From NCBI GenBank assembly GCA_016222915.1, contig JACRQA010000178.1, positions 1-60,848 of the forward strand: DNA of 60,848 nt, in the 5' to 3' direction. The notes beneath the pieces were generated by a model, which did not search any database, was not told where the DNA came from, and was given only the letters and a program-made list of their open reading frames with translations. This document shows, piece by piece, positions 9,439 to 18,521 of this stretch. A program made the position numbers and the translations under genes. Position 1 is the first letter of the stretch. Each line of letters begins with the position of its first letter. This DNA comes from Nitrospirota bacterium (GTDB lineage Bacteria > Nitrospirota > Thermodesulfovibrionia > UBA6902).

Positions 9439-10479
9439 TTATTCCCTGCCCCACTTTGTACCCAGGTTTATTTCCTGAGAATTCTGTAAAATGACCGCTC
9501 CCGATGTAGACGGCTTGAGAGATACTATTTGAATTTTACCTATCGGGCTTACTGCGGGCTGCTCTCTCAGAACGCTGAAAACATCACCGACTTTGATGCC
9601 GTCATTTTCGCCTTTATCCAGGAAAACTATGTTCCCTTCGCTTACCAAAAAAGAATTCATGTGAGATTCAATGACATACCCCTGTATATCAGGTGTCCGG
9701 GGAGTCTCAGGAACAAGAGGCGGTTCCATCTCCTGGTACGGCAACAGGCCATCGCCAATCAGGACATCTTCAAACGAATCCGTTATTCTTGCTTTTATCA
9801 TGTCACCATCCATACCGATTACTTCCAGGATGCCGGCTATCCTTATTTGGTGTCCTATCTTTTTTCCTGATACAGGATGCTTTACTATTTTTATATCTCT
9901 GATAGCAAAGAACCGCTTATTAGTCATGGAATTATCCCCGGAAAGAATCAATGCCGGTTTATTCGAAGAAGGAGACTTCGGTAGCTCTATGTATACGATA
10001 TCGTTTTTGCTGGTCATTTTCTGATTTGTCAGGGATGATGTTATTTCTCCGATACTTGGATAATCGTCCGATATCCAGCCGCTTGCAATATAGAGGTCTT
10101 TCTCGATGATATGTTTCCTCTGCAGTATCGGCGCATATTTCCAGATGGATTTAGTCTTTGATTCATGTTTTGGTCTTTCGACTTTTTGCTTTCTGGAAAC
10201 CGGTATTTCTTTGGCGGGTACGTCAGGCATTTGCATTAACTCTTCCCTGGAAGGGATCAATATTTTGGTCCCGGGGTAGATAAGATCAGGATTTTCAATA
10301 TGCGGGTTGACATTCCAGAGCTTGGGCCACAGAAAAGAGTCTTCCAGTTTTCTGGTGGATATGTCCCACAAGGTATCATTTTTTTCAACAATATATTCTT
10401 CTGATGAGAACGCCCCTCCATTGAGAAGTGTTATGGAAAAAATAAAGAACACAAGAAGGCAAAATAAAGTTTTTTTCAT
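9439..10479 (-). CDS. secreted LysM (peptidoglycan-binding) domain protein
   Basis: Signal peptide MKKTLFCLLVFFIFSITLL. LysM motif YIVEKNDTLWDISTRKL...LIYPGTKILIP. Confidence 0.8.
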   Translation of the reverse strand: MKKTLFCLLVFFIFSITLLNGGAFSSEEYIVEKNDTLWDISTRKLEDSFLWPKLWNVNPHIENPDLIYPGTKILIPSREELMQMPDVPAKEIPVSRKQKVERPKHESKTKSIWKYAPILQRKHIIEKDLYIASGWISDDYPSIGEITSSLTNQKMTSKNDIVYIELPKSPSSNKPALILSGDNSMTNKRFFAIRDIKIVKHPVSGKKIGHQIRIAGILEVIGMDGDMIKARITDSFEDVLIGDGLLPYQEMEPPLVPETPRTPDIQGYVIESHMNSFLVSEGNIVFLDKGENDGIKVGDVFSVLREQPAVSPIGKIQIVSLKPSTSGAVILQNSQEINLGTKWGRE

Positions 10480-10648
10480 TTTTACTCTCCCGTACTTTTA
10501 AAAGCGATTATTTGCATATACACTACAATAAAGCAGCGGTCATAATGTGTCAAGGTCTTCAATCACTAATATATAATTATCCGCAGATTGTTATTGAGGG
10601 ATGTCTCTTACTGAATAAAAGAAAATAGCATATGAAACATAATTGGAC

Positions 10649-11851
10649 TCATGTGCTGTAATGAGCATTTATTTTTATATACCCTTCTGTCAGATCGCAT
10701 GTAAGCGCCCTGGCACTTTCTTTTCCGTTTCCCAATTCAATTGTAATGATAATATTTTTAGTTAAGAGCGCGTTTCTTGCGGTTTTTTCTTTGCCGGTCC
10801 CCATGCCGTTGCTGACAAGTTTGACTTTATTGAGGCTGATATCTATCTTGTTTTCATTGACTGCAATGCCGGAGTAACCGATTGCGGCCATGATTCTGCC
10901 CCAGTTAGGGTCCCTTCCGTATACAGCGGTTTTTACGAGCATCGAATTCGCGACTGACAACGCAATTTTCCCGGCATCTGATTTTGACCTGGCCCCTTTT
11001 ACTATTACCTCAATTAATTTTGTTGCGCCTTCCCCGTCCTCGGCAATCATCCTGGCAAGGTCATACGATATTTCATTCAATGCACTTTTAAAAATACTGT
11101 AGTCAGGGGAACGCTTTGTTATAAGAGGATTATTGAGACGGCCGTTTGCCATGATCATTACCGTATCATTAGTGCTCATATCATTATCAACGGACAACAT
11201 GTTAAATGATCTGCTCGCGGCTTCCCTGAGCGCGGCATCAAGCGCCTGCGGGTTTATCGCTATATCAGTGACTATAAAACACAGCATCGTGGCCATATTC
11301 GGGCAGATCATTCCGGCGCCTTTTGCGATTCCAGCGATAGTCCCTTTTCGCCCCCCGATTTCTATTTGTTTGAAAGATATCTTTGCAAAGGTATCCGTAG
11401 TCATTATTGAAGAGGCTGTATGCTTTAAGGACAAAGGAGATAACTTTTTGATTAAATCTGGCAGAGCTTTTTTTATTGTCTCCACAGGAAATGGTCTGCC
11501 TATTATACCGGTGGATGAGGAATAAACAAGCCCGGGGGAAATACCGAGTTCATGAGCTGTACTCGTCATGATTTCACGGGCCGCTTTCATCCCTTTTTCA
11601 CCGGTACAGGCATTGGCATTGCCGCTGTTGATAATAATGGCCTGTGCTTTCCCGGATGAAATATTTTTGATGGCCAGTTTTACCGGTGCGGCTTTTATTC
11701 TGTTTGTAGTGAAAAGACCGACGGTGACGGCAGGGCACTCTGAGTATATCAGCGCCAGGTCCCTGTTGCCGGACTTTTTAATACCCGCTGGTATGCCTGC
11801 GAATTTGAAGCCAGGTATGGTGGTATTACGAATTTTGGGACCCCTTTTCAT
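10649..11851 (-). CDS. argJ: bifunctional glutamate N-acetyltransferase / amino-acid acetyltransferase
   Basis: ArgJ autoprocessing site PNMATMLCFIVTD and the MTTDT motif. Overlaps the argC stop (TGATG). Confidence 0.93.
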   Translation of the reverse strand: MKRGPKIRNTTIPGFKFAGIPAGIKKSGNRDLALIYSECPAVTVGLFTTNRIKAAPVKLAIKNISSGKAQAIIINSGNANACTGEKGMKAAREIMTSTAHELGISPGLVYSSSTGIIGRPFPVETIKKALPDLIKKLSPLSLKHTASSIMTTDTFAKISFKQIEIGGRKGTIAGIAKGAGMICPNMATMLCFIVTDIAINPQALDAALREAASRSFNMLSVDNDMSTNDTVMIMANGRLNNPLITKRSPDYSIFKSALNEISYDLARMIAEDGEGATKLIEVIVKGARSKSDAGKIALSVANSMLVKTAVYGRDPNWGRIMAAIGYSGIAVNENKIDISLNKVKLVSNGMGTGKEKTARNALLTKNIIITIELGNGKESARALTCDLTEGYIKINAHYST

Positions 11852-12882
11852 CAGGGGGCTGCTGGGGAGGACATCAGTCCGGCTGTTTCGTCAAAGCCAA
11901 ACATGATATTCATGTTATGTACGGCTGTGCCGGACGCCCCTTTTAAGAGGTTATCAATAGCGCTGACGATTATGAGGGTCTGCTTGTCAATTGTAACGGA
12001 TATGTCGCAATAGTTGCTTCCTTTGACAGCCTTGGTGGCCGGGTATATGCCGTTTTTCAATACTCTTACAAAAGGCTCCTTGTGATAAAATTGGTGGTAC
12101 AGTTTCTGCACATTCGATAGGGTCGTTTTCTTTTTCAGGCGAACGTAAATTGTGCTGAGTATTCCCCTGTCCATGGGGATAAGATGCGGAGTAAAGATGA
12201 TTTTTATTTTATTCTTTGAAAGAGAGCTCAGTTCCTGCTCGATCTCGGGTGTATGGCGGTGGACCCCGATTGCATATGCCCGGACGGATTCATTGACTTC
12301 GCAGAACATAAACGGCTGCGCAGGACTTCTGCCGGCGCCGGACGTTCCGGATTTTGAATCTATAATAATAGAGTTCGCATTAATAAAATCTTCCCCCATT
12401 ACCGGGGCAAGACCAAGGATGGCGCTCGTAGGATAACAACCTGGGTTGGCAACGATCGACGCTTTTTTGATTTTATTCCTGTAAAGCTCAGGCAAACCGT
12501 AAACGGCATTTTTCAGAAGAGGAGAGTAAAGGTGGGGAATCTTATACCACTCTTTGTATACCTCTGCGCTTTTCAGGCGGTAATCCGCAGAAAGATCGAT
12601 AACTCTTTTGCCGGCGTTATGAAAAAACGCCACAGTTTCCTGAGAAGTCTTATGCGGAAGACACAGAAAAAACAGGTCGGCCTTTTTTGTCAGGGCTTTT
12701 AAATCCAGAGCTTCGAATTTTAACGAGGTGTTTCTGACATTAAGAAATGTGTCGGAGATGAACAGGCCGGATGAACGTTCAGAGGTGACGGCAGTTACTT
12801 CCGTATTAGGATGTGACAGAAGAAGCCGTAATAGCTCAGACCCTGTATAACCACTTCCTCCTAAGATAGCGACTTTTAGCAT
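11851..12882 (-). CDS. argC: N-acetyl-gamma-glutamyl-phosphate reductase
   Basis: GGSGYTGSELLRLL Rossmann start and active-site ANPGCYPT. Confidence 0.93.
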   Translation of the reverse strand: MLKVAILGGSGYTGSELLRLLLSHPNTEVTAVTSERSSGLFISDTFLNVRNTSLKFEALDLKALTKKADLFFLCLPHKTSQETVAFFHNAGKRVIDLSADYRLKSAEVYKEWYKIPHLYSPLLKNAVYGLPELYRNKIKKASIVANPGCYPTSAILGLAPVMGEDFINANSIIIDSKSGTSGAGRSPAQPFMFCEVNESVRAYAIGVHRHTPEIEQELSSLSKNKIKIIFTPHLIPMDRGILSTIYVRLKKKTTLSNVQKLYHQFYHKEPFVRVLKNGIYPATKAVKGSNYCDISVTIDKQTLIIVSAIDNLLKGASGTAVHNMNIMFGFDETAGLMSSPAAP

Positions 12883-12993
12883 TTAATGACCGTGTGTTCA
12901 ATTGTAATGAGTTGTGAGTGTAACCAATAGTGTGACTTCTGCGATAATGTTGTCTGTTGATGAGATACACTCTTTGCTCATTACGGATTATAA

Positions 12994-13386
12994 TTATCTC
13001 TTTGAGAACTGGAAGCGTTTTCTTGCGCCCTTCTGGCCGTACTTCTTACGTTCTACCACTCTGGGGTCTCTCGTTAATAATCCTTCTTTTTTGAGTTTTC
13101 CCCTGAAATCCGAGTTGACCGATAACAAGGCACGCGAGATGGCATGTCTGATTGCAGCGGCCTGTCCGCTGTATCCTCCGCCTTTGACCCGTACTGTTAT
13201 ATCATATTTACCACTGACAGCAGCTACATTCAACGGCTGTTGTATAATCATCTTCATTGTCTCATGGGGGAAATATTGATTGAGCGCTTTTTTATTGACA
13301 ACTATATTGCCTGTCCCGGGTTTAACAGATACCTGAGCGATGGAAGTCTTTCTTCTGCCTGTTGCACTATATTGAATTTCTGCCAT
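12994..13386 (-). CDS. rpsI: 30S ribosomal protein S9
   Basis: GRRKTSIA...GGGYSGQAAAIRHAISRAL...KKYGQKGARKRFQFSKR. Confidence 0.97.
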   Translation of the reverse strand: MAEIQYSATGRRKTSIAQVSVKPGTGNIVVNKKALNQYFPHETMKMIIQQPLNVAAVSGKYDITVRVKGGGYSGQAAAIRHAISRALLSVNSDFRGKLKKEGLLTRDPRVVERKKYGQKGARKRFQFSKR

Positions 13387-13400
13387 TTGTTAAAAGCTCC

Positions 13401-13838
13401 TTATTGGATGTTAAGATTTAAAGTTTCCGGGTTCTGGGCTTTATGCGGATGGTCCGGTCCCCTGTATACCTTTAATTTGCTGAGCTGCTGTCTGCCGAGT
13501 CTGTTTTTCGGGAGCATGCCGCGGATTGCGGAAACAAGAATGCGTTCAGGATTTACTTCCATTATGTCCTTGGCGACTTCTTTTTTAATCCCCCCTGTAT
13601 AACCGGAATGATGATAATATGTCTTTTGTTCAAGTTTATTGCCTGTAAAGCGCGCCTTGTCCGCATTTACGATAATGACAAAATCTCCGGTATCGGTATT
13701 AGGAGTAAAAATCGGTTTGTTCTTACCCCTCAGCACCTTTGCGACCTGTGAGGCCAGTCTCCCCACGACCAAACCATCAGCATCTATAATATGCCATTTC
13801 TGTTCAACATCGGTTTTCTTAGTGAAAATTGTTTTCAT
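13401..13838 (-). CDS. rplM: 50S ribosomal protein L13
   Basis: KWHIIDADGLVVGRLAS and YYHHSGYTGG motifs. Immediately upstream of rpsI. Confidence 0.97.
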   Translation of the reverse strand: MKTIFTKKTDVEQKWHIIDADGLVVGRLASQVAKVLRGKNKPIFTPNTDTGDFVIIVNADKARFTGNKLEQKTYYHHSGYTGGIKKEVAKDIMEVNPERILVSAIRGMLPKNRLGRQQLSKLKVYRGPDHPHKAQNPETLNLNIQ

Positions 13839-13880
13839 ATGTCCTCTCTATACCAAGTTGCGAAATATTTTGAACATATC

Positions 13881-13910
13881 ATGATAATGGAATATGATTT
13901 TAATTGTCAA
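13881..13910 (-). promoter_or_regulatory. sigma70-like promoter for rplM-rpsI
   Basis: On the minus strand, TTGACA-18 nt-TATCAT, about 45 nt upstream of the rplM ATG. Confidence 0.5.
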
Positions 13911-13958
13911 TACTTGGAGTGAAAAAAGGGCAGAAAGCGGGTCAATCGATCAATGAAT

Positions 13959-14144
13959 CTATATCCTGTCACAAGAGCGATTAGACAATTGCTGCCAGAC
14001 AGAGGAGTCCATTTCATTGATATACTCTTCCAATGGATAATTTCTGCCGCAATCCATGCAGCGCAGAAAGACACTCTTTCAGCCGATTTTAAGGGTCAAC
14101 TGACCTTTACATTCTCTACAGTTCAGTCTTGATTCAGGATTCAT
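13959..14144 (-). CDS. small dual-CXXC zinc-ribbon ORF interrupted by one in-frame TGA (candidate Sec/readthrough codon, or a pseudogene)
   Basis: Strong SD (AAGGGGAG, 8 nt spacer) then ATG. Translation is MNPESRLNCRECKGQLTLKIG-TGA-KSVFLRCMDCGRNYPLEEYINEMDSSVWQQLSNRSCDRI. The TGA is at 14079-14081 and a hairpin starts 9 nt after it. Confidence 0.4.
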
Positions 14145-14526
14145 AATATATACTCCCCTTATGAAATTACCTCATTGTAAATATGATACGTTAGTCGGCA
14201 ATAAAAAGTGAAGCAACTTAAACTGGTAGCAGGTTGAGTTAATAACAACATTAAAAATTAGGCCGGGTATAACTGTAACGTTGCTTGATTTTTCGGAAGT
14301 AAATTGATAATAATGAATACATTGTAATTTATTTTACATTTCAACTTTAATTATTACATCATTTTTTATACTATCTGGTCTGAAACTGGCTTTATGAGGT
14401 ATATTTCCTTACTATGAGGGGAATGCTCATAACAATACATTTCTTTTTCAAACTGCACTTATCATTCTTTGTTATCAGGATGCAAAATATCTCAAAAATT
14501 ATTAATGGCGAATTACAGGTTTTATA

Positions 14527-15273
14527 GTGACGCAAGGGAATAAGACAGCTATTATCAGCGGAGCCACAAGAGGAATAGGCCGGGCCATAGCGATTGAGCT
14601 GGCACGTGAAGGTGTAAATATAAGCTTTAATTTTCTCAAAAGCCATGAGGACGCGCTTACTCTTGAAGAGGCAGTGATTAAGTCAGGCGGCAAAGCCAAA
14701 GCATTTCAAACAGACATCAAAGATTATGCCGCTGTTAAGTCATGGGTAGATAAGTCCAGAGAATTATTCGGCGGATTGGATATTGTTATTAATAATGCAG
14801 GTGTGATTAAAGATACGGCGCTTGCTCTCATGGCTCCCGAGGACTGGCATGAAGTCATAAATACAAATTTGGACGGGACATTCAATCTCAGCAGGGCTGC
14901 CATAATAGGACTTATAAAACAGAAGCACGGCGTAATCCTTAATATTACCTCTGTAAGCGGTATGGTCGGGATTGCCCGTCAAACTAATTATTCCGCCTCA
15001 AAAGCCGGAATCATCGGGTTTACAAAATCTCTTGCCAGGGAAGTTGCTCCATACAATATCAGAGTAAATGCCGTTGCGCCCGGTTTTATTGAGACAGATA
15101 TGCTTACCGGATTAAAAAAAGAATACAAGGAGCAGGTATTAAAACAGATCCCGTTAGCCAGATTGGGCAAGGCTGAAGAAGTGGCAAGACTTGTTAAGTT
15201 TCTGGTGAGTGATGATGCGGGTTATATTACAGGACAGACTTTTGTGATTGACGGCGGACTGAGTACGGTATGA
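14527..15273 (+). CDS. fabG: 3-oxoacyl-ACP reductase (SDR), first gene of the lipid cluster
   Basis: SGATRGIGRAIA, NNAG and YSASKAG motifs. 248 aa. Confidence 0.9.
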   Translation: MTQGNKTAIISGATRGIGRAIAIELAREGVNISFNFLKSHEDALTLEEAVIKSGGKAKAFQTDIKDYAAVKSWVDKSRELFGGLDIVINNAGVIKDTALALMAPEDWHEVINTNLDGTFNLSRAAIIGLIKQKHGVILNITSVSGMVGIARQTNYSASKAGIIGFTKSLAREVAPYNIRVNAVAPGFIETDMLTGLKKEYKEQVLKQIPLARLGKAEEVARLVKFLVSDDAGYITGQTFVIDGGLSTV

Positions 15274-15277
15274 AATA

Positions 15278-16510
15278 ATGAAAGAAAGACGAATCGTAGT
15301 AACAGGACTGGGAGTAATAGCGCCTAACGGGATAGGCAAGGATGCGTTCTGGCATGCCCTCAAAGAGGGACAGTCCGGGATCAAACGGGTAAAAAGATTT
15401 GATACAAGCCAGTTTAAAAGCAAACTGGCAGGTGAGATTGATAATTTCTCACCTGCTGTTTTTTTGGGACACAAAGGATTGCGGGACCTTGAGAGGACTT
15501 CAAGACTCCTTTGTTCTGCGGCTAAATTGGCGATTGAGGATGCGGGTCTCAGCATTAACCATGACAACACTGATGACATTGGGGTCTGTACAGGGACAAC
15601 TTTATCATCTTTATGGAATTTTGCGCAGTTTGATAAAGAGACGATTCAGGAAGGGCCTCTCTTTACGAATGTTGCGCTATTCCCGGGAACGGTAATGAAC
15701 GCGGCCTCAAGCCAGGTATCGATCCGGTTTAACATCCAGGGATTTAACACGACAATTTCTAATGGCTACAGTTCAAGCATAGACGCATTAAAATACGCCA
15801 TTGATTTTATAAAACTCAGACGGATCAAGGCGGTATTGGTCGGCGGGGTCGAAAGCCTCTCTCTGGTAAATTATAGCGGTTTCTATCGTTTGGGTTTTTT
15901 TGCCGGAATAAACGGCGAGGAAGTGTCCTGCCCTTTTGATAAAAGGAGAAACGGGATCATACTTGGTGAAGGGGCGGCTGTCGTCATTATTGAAGATGAA
16001 GAGTATGCCCGAAGCAGAAATGCGAGAATCTACGCAGAGGTAAACGGGATCGGAAATTGTTTTGAGGCGTATAAAATGGGTAAATATCATCCAGGGGCCA
16101 ATGGCCTGAAGGAAAGCATCAAAGAGGCCCTCAGGACTTCAGGAATAGGACCATCCGACATCGACTATATCAGCGCGTCCGCAAATTCAGTCCGGGAACA
16201 GGACAGGTTAGAGACAATGGCGATTAAAGGGGTCTTCGGCAAGTATGCATATAATATCCCGGTTAGTTCCATCAAATCAATGATAGGAGAAACATTCAGC
16301 GCCGGCGGGCTTTTTCAGATTTCAGCCTCAATAGGCAGTATGTATAAAGGTTTTATTCCCCCGACAATTAACTATGAAATGACCGATGAAGATTGCGATC
16401 TTGATTATGTTGCCAATAAATCACGTCTTACAAGAATCAACAATGTGTTGATCAATAACTATGGCCCCGGAGGAAGTAATGCGGCATTTATTTTATCGAA
16501 AGGGCATTGA
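15278..16510 (+). CDS. ketosynthase-like protein lacking the Cys-His-His triad (chain-length-factor-like)
   Basis: KS fold (VVTGLGVIAP...). The active-site ACASG is replaced by SNGYSS, HGTGT by SANSV, and the GH of the second His box by GE. Confidence 0.8.
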   Translation: MKERRIVVTGLGVIAPNGIGKDAFWHALKEGQSGIKRVKRFDTSQFKSKLAGEIDNFSPAVFLGHKGLRDLERTSRLLCSAAKLAIEDAGLSINHDNTDDIGVCTGTTLSSLWNFAQFDKETIQEGPLFTNVALFPGTVMNAASSQVSIRFNIQGFNTTISNGYSSSIDALKYAIDFIKLRRIKAVLVGGVESLSLVNYSGFYRLGFFAGINGEEVSCPFDKRRNGIILGEGAAVVIIEDEEYARSRNARIYAEVNGIGNCFEAYKMGKYHPGANGLKESIKEALRTSGIGPSDIDYISASANSVREQDRLETMAIKGVFGKYAYNIPVSSIKSMIGETFSAGGLFQISASIGSMYKGFIPPTINYEMTDEDCDLDYVANKSRLTRINNVLINNYGPGGSNAAFILSKGH

Positions 16511-16522
16511 GGAGGATTATCA

Positions 16523-16774
16523 GTGAGTAAAAACTACGAAGAAGAAATAAGGAACATGGTCTCGGATATTCTTGAGATCCCGGCTGAAAAACTTACGCCT
16601 GATGCGGATTTTTTCAGAGATTTAAATATCGACTCGCTTAAGGCGATTGAGATTGTCGCAGCATTTGAAAAAAAGTACAGGATAATCATCCCGGAACAGG
16701 ACATCCCGAAAATCAGGAACCTCAGGCAGGTAGTTGAGTACACGGCGCCGCTAAAAAAAGAAACGCATATATGA
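16523..16774 (+). CDS. acyl carrier protein
   Basis: 83 aa, with phosphopantetheine attachment motif LNIDSLKAIEIV. GTG start. Confidence 0.88.
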   Translation: MSKNYEEEIRNMVSDILEIPAEKLTPDADFFRDLNIDSLKAIEIVAAFEKKYRIIIPEQDIPKIRNLRQVVEYTAPLKKETHI

Positions 16775-17208
16775 GATGGGACAAGGCTAAGATCCAGTCT
16801 GTTTTGCCTCATCGGGAGCCGTTCCTTTTCATTGATGAGGTAATCGAAGTGGAAGGCACGGAGCGGATAGTGGCGGCAACATATTTAAGGGAGGAGGCAA
16901 GTTATTTCAAAGGTCATTTCCCCGGTAATCCCGTGATGCCCGGCGTATTGATTATCGAGGCAATGGCCCAGGCCTCGGTGATTCTGTTTTCGCTGGACAG
17001 ACCTGAGGTAGCGGCAGGACATCCTGATTATTATTTAGGAAAGGTCAAGTCGGAATTTCTCGCGCCGGCATACCCCGGTGATAAATTAATTGTTGAATCG
17101 AGAAAAGTGAAATTCCTTGATAATGCCGCGATTACGGAGACAGTAGTTAAAGTAGATGAAAGGGTCATAGCAAAAGCGAACCTTATATTCAGCATACAAA
17201 AGAAATAA
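16771..17208 (+). CDS. FabZ/FabA-type 3-hydroxyacyl-ACP dehydratase
   Basis: LPHREPFLFIDEV and HFPGNPVMPGVLIIEAMAQ motifs. ATGA overlap with the ACP gene. Confidence 0.9.
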   Translation: MRWDKAKIQSVLPHREPFLFIDEVIEVEGTERIVAATYLREEASYFKGHFPGNPVMPGVLIIEAMAQASVILFSLDRPEVAAGHPDYYLGKVKSEFLAPAYPGDKLIVESRKVKFLDNAAITETVVKVDERVIAKANLIFSIQKK

Positions 17209-17281
17209 ATAAACTGATCATGGAATTCCGCCGCATGGTTATGGATATCGAATTTTATTCGGACTATGGTTGTATCAAAGC

Positions 17282-18511
17282 ATGAAAACGTTTAACGTCC
17301 AGAAACGCAGGGTGGTGGTTACCGGGTTAGGGGTCGTGTCGTCGGTAGGGATCGGGAAAGATGATTTCTGGAAGGCGATAATCAGCGGCACATCCGGCAT
17401 CAGCAGGGTATCGTCATTTGATACAAAAGAATATAGATGTCATCATGCAGGGGAGATCAAAAATTTCCAACCCGAAGCGTTCATCAACAGAAGGAAACTG
17501 CCTTTTTTGGGTCGAACATCGCAACTATCAATCGCTGCCGCTGCCCTGGCATTAAATGATGCCAAATTCCCCCTGTCTAAAATCAATGCTCATAAAACCG
17601 GAATATTTATCGGGACTACGATGGGTGAAAGACTCATCGAAGAGGTAGTCGATGAATGGATAATAAAAGGCAGTTATGACATGAATAAAACAAAGATAGC
17701 GCAATCATCAGCCAATAACATACCTGCAAATATCGCGCTTTTCTTTAAGATTGACGGTCCTAATTATATGATCCCTACAGCCTGCGCTGCCGGTAACTAT
17801 GCTGTAGGATACGGTTTTGACTTTATCAAAAGAGGCGACCTGGAGTATGCCATTGTGGGCGGCGCCGATGCGTTCTCCAAACTTGCATTTACGGGTTTTC
17901 ATCGCGTCTATGCAATGGCCCCCGAGAAGTGCCAGCCTTTTGATAAAAACAGAAAGGGGATGCTTGTGGGAGAGGGAGCGGCTGTTCTTTTCCTGGAGTC
18001 AATGGAGTCGGCATTGAACAGGAATGCGGAAATATACGCGGAGATACCGGGTTACGGTATCAGTTGTGATGCCTATCATATGACCGCATCAAAGGCTGAT
18101 GGCATAGAAAAGGCGATACTGAAAGCCCTGAAATATACACGTATTAATAAGGAAGACGTTGACTATATTAATGCTCACGGGACCGGGACGCAGGGCAATG
18201 ATAAAACCGAGTGTTCTGTAATCAAAAGTGTTTTTAAAGACAGATATGAGTACATCCCTGTCAGTTCGATAAAATCCATGCTTGGCCATCCTATGGGAGC
18301 TGCTTCTGCAATTGAGGCGCTCGCCTGCTGTCTTACAGTTAAAGAAAACATCATCCCTCCTACAATAAATTTTGAGACCCCGGACCCGCACTGTAATGTG
18401 GATTGTGTACCCAATAAGGCAAAGGTGAAGAAGGTCAACATTGCATTGAATAATGCATTTGCTTTCGGCGGAAATAATTCTTGTCTTGTTGTTAAGAAGT
18501 TTCGGGAATAA
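17282..18511 (+). CDS. beta-ketoacyl-ACP synthase (FabF-like, triad intact)
   Basis: TACAAGNYA (Cys), NAHGTGTQGND (His) and SIKSMLGHPMGAAS (His). ATG at 17282 is preferred over the TTG at 17270. Confidence 0.9.
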   Translation: MKTFNVQKRRVVVTGLGVVSSVGIGKDDFWKAIISGTSGISRVSSFDTKEYRCHHAGEIKNFQPEAFINRRKLPFLGRTSQLSIAAAALALNDAKFPLSKINAHKTGIFIGTTMGERLIEEVVDEWIIKGSYDMNKTKIAQSSANNIPANIALFFKIDGPNYMIPTACAAGNYAVGYGFDFIKRGDLEYAIVGGADAFSKLAFTGFHRVYAMAPEKCQPFDKNRKGMLVGEGAAVLFLESMESALNRNAEIYAEIPGYGISCDAYHMTASKADGIEKAILKALKYTRINKEDVDYINAHGTGTQGNDKTECSVIKSVFKDRYEYIPVSSIKSMLGHPMGAASAIEALACCLTVKENIIPPTINFETPDPHCNVDCVPNKAKVKKVNIALNNAFAFGGNNSCLVVKKFRE

Positions 18512-18521
18512 TAAAAATATT

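Noticed and set aside
12903-12990. Long-range inverted repeat (gtaatgag...agtgt / acact...ctcattac) downstream of rpsI.
   Set aside because: The arms are imperfect with a ~50-nt loop and no T-run, so it is not convincing as a terminator or element.
14392-14699. Two minus-strand ORFs (84 and 65 aa) at the 5' end of the lipid cluster.
   Set aside because: They overlap the fabG start and an AT-rich promoter region, and have no SD or recognisable motif.
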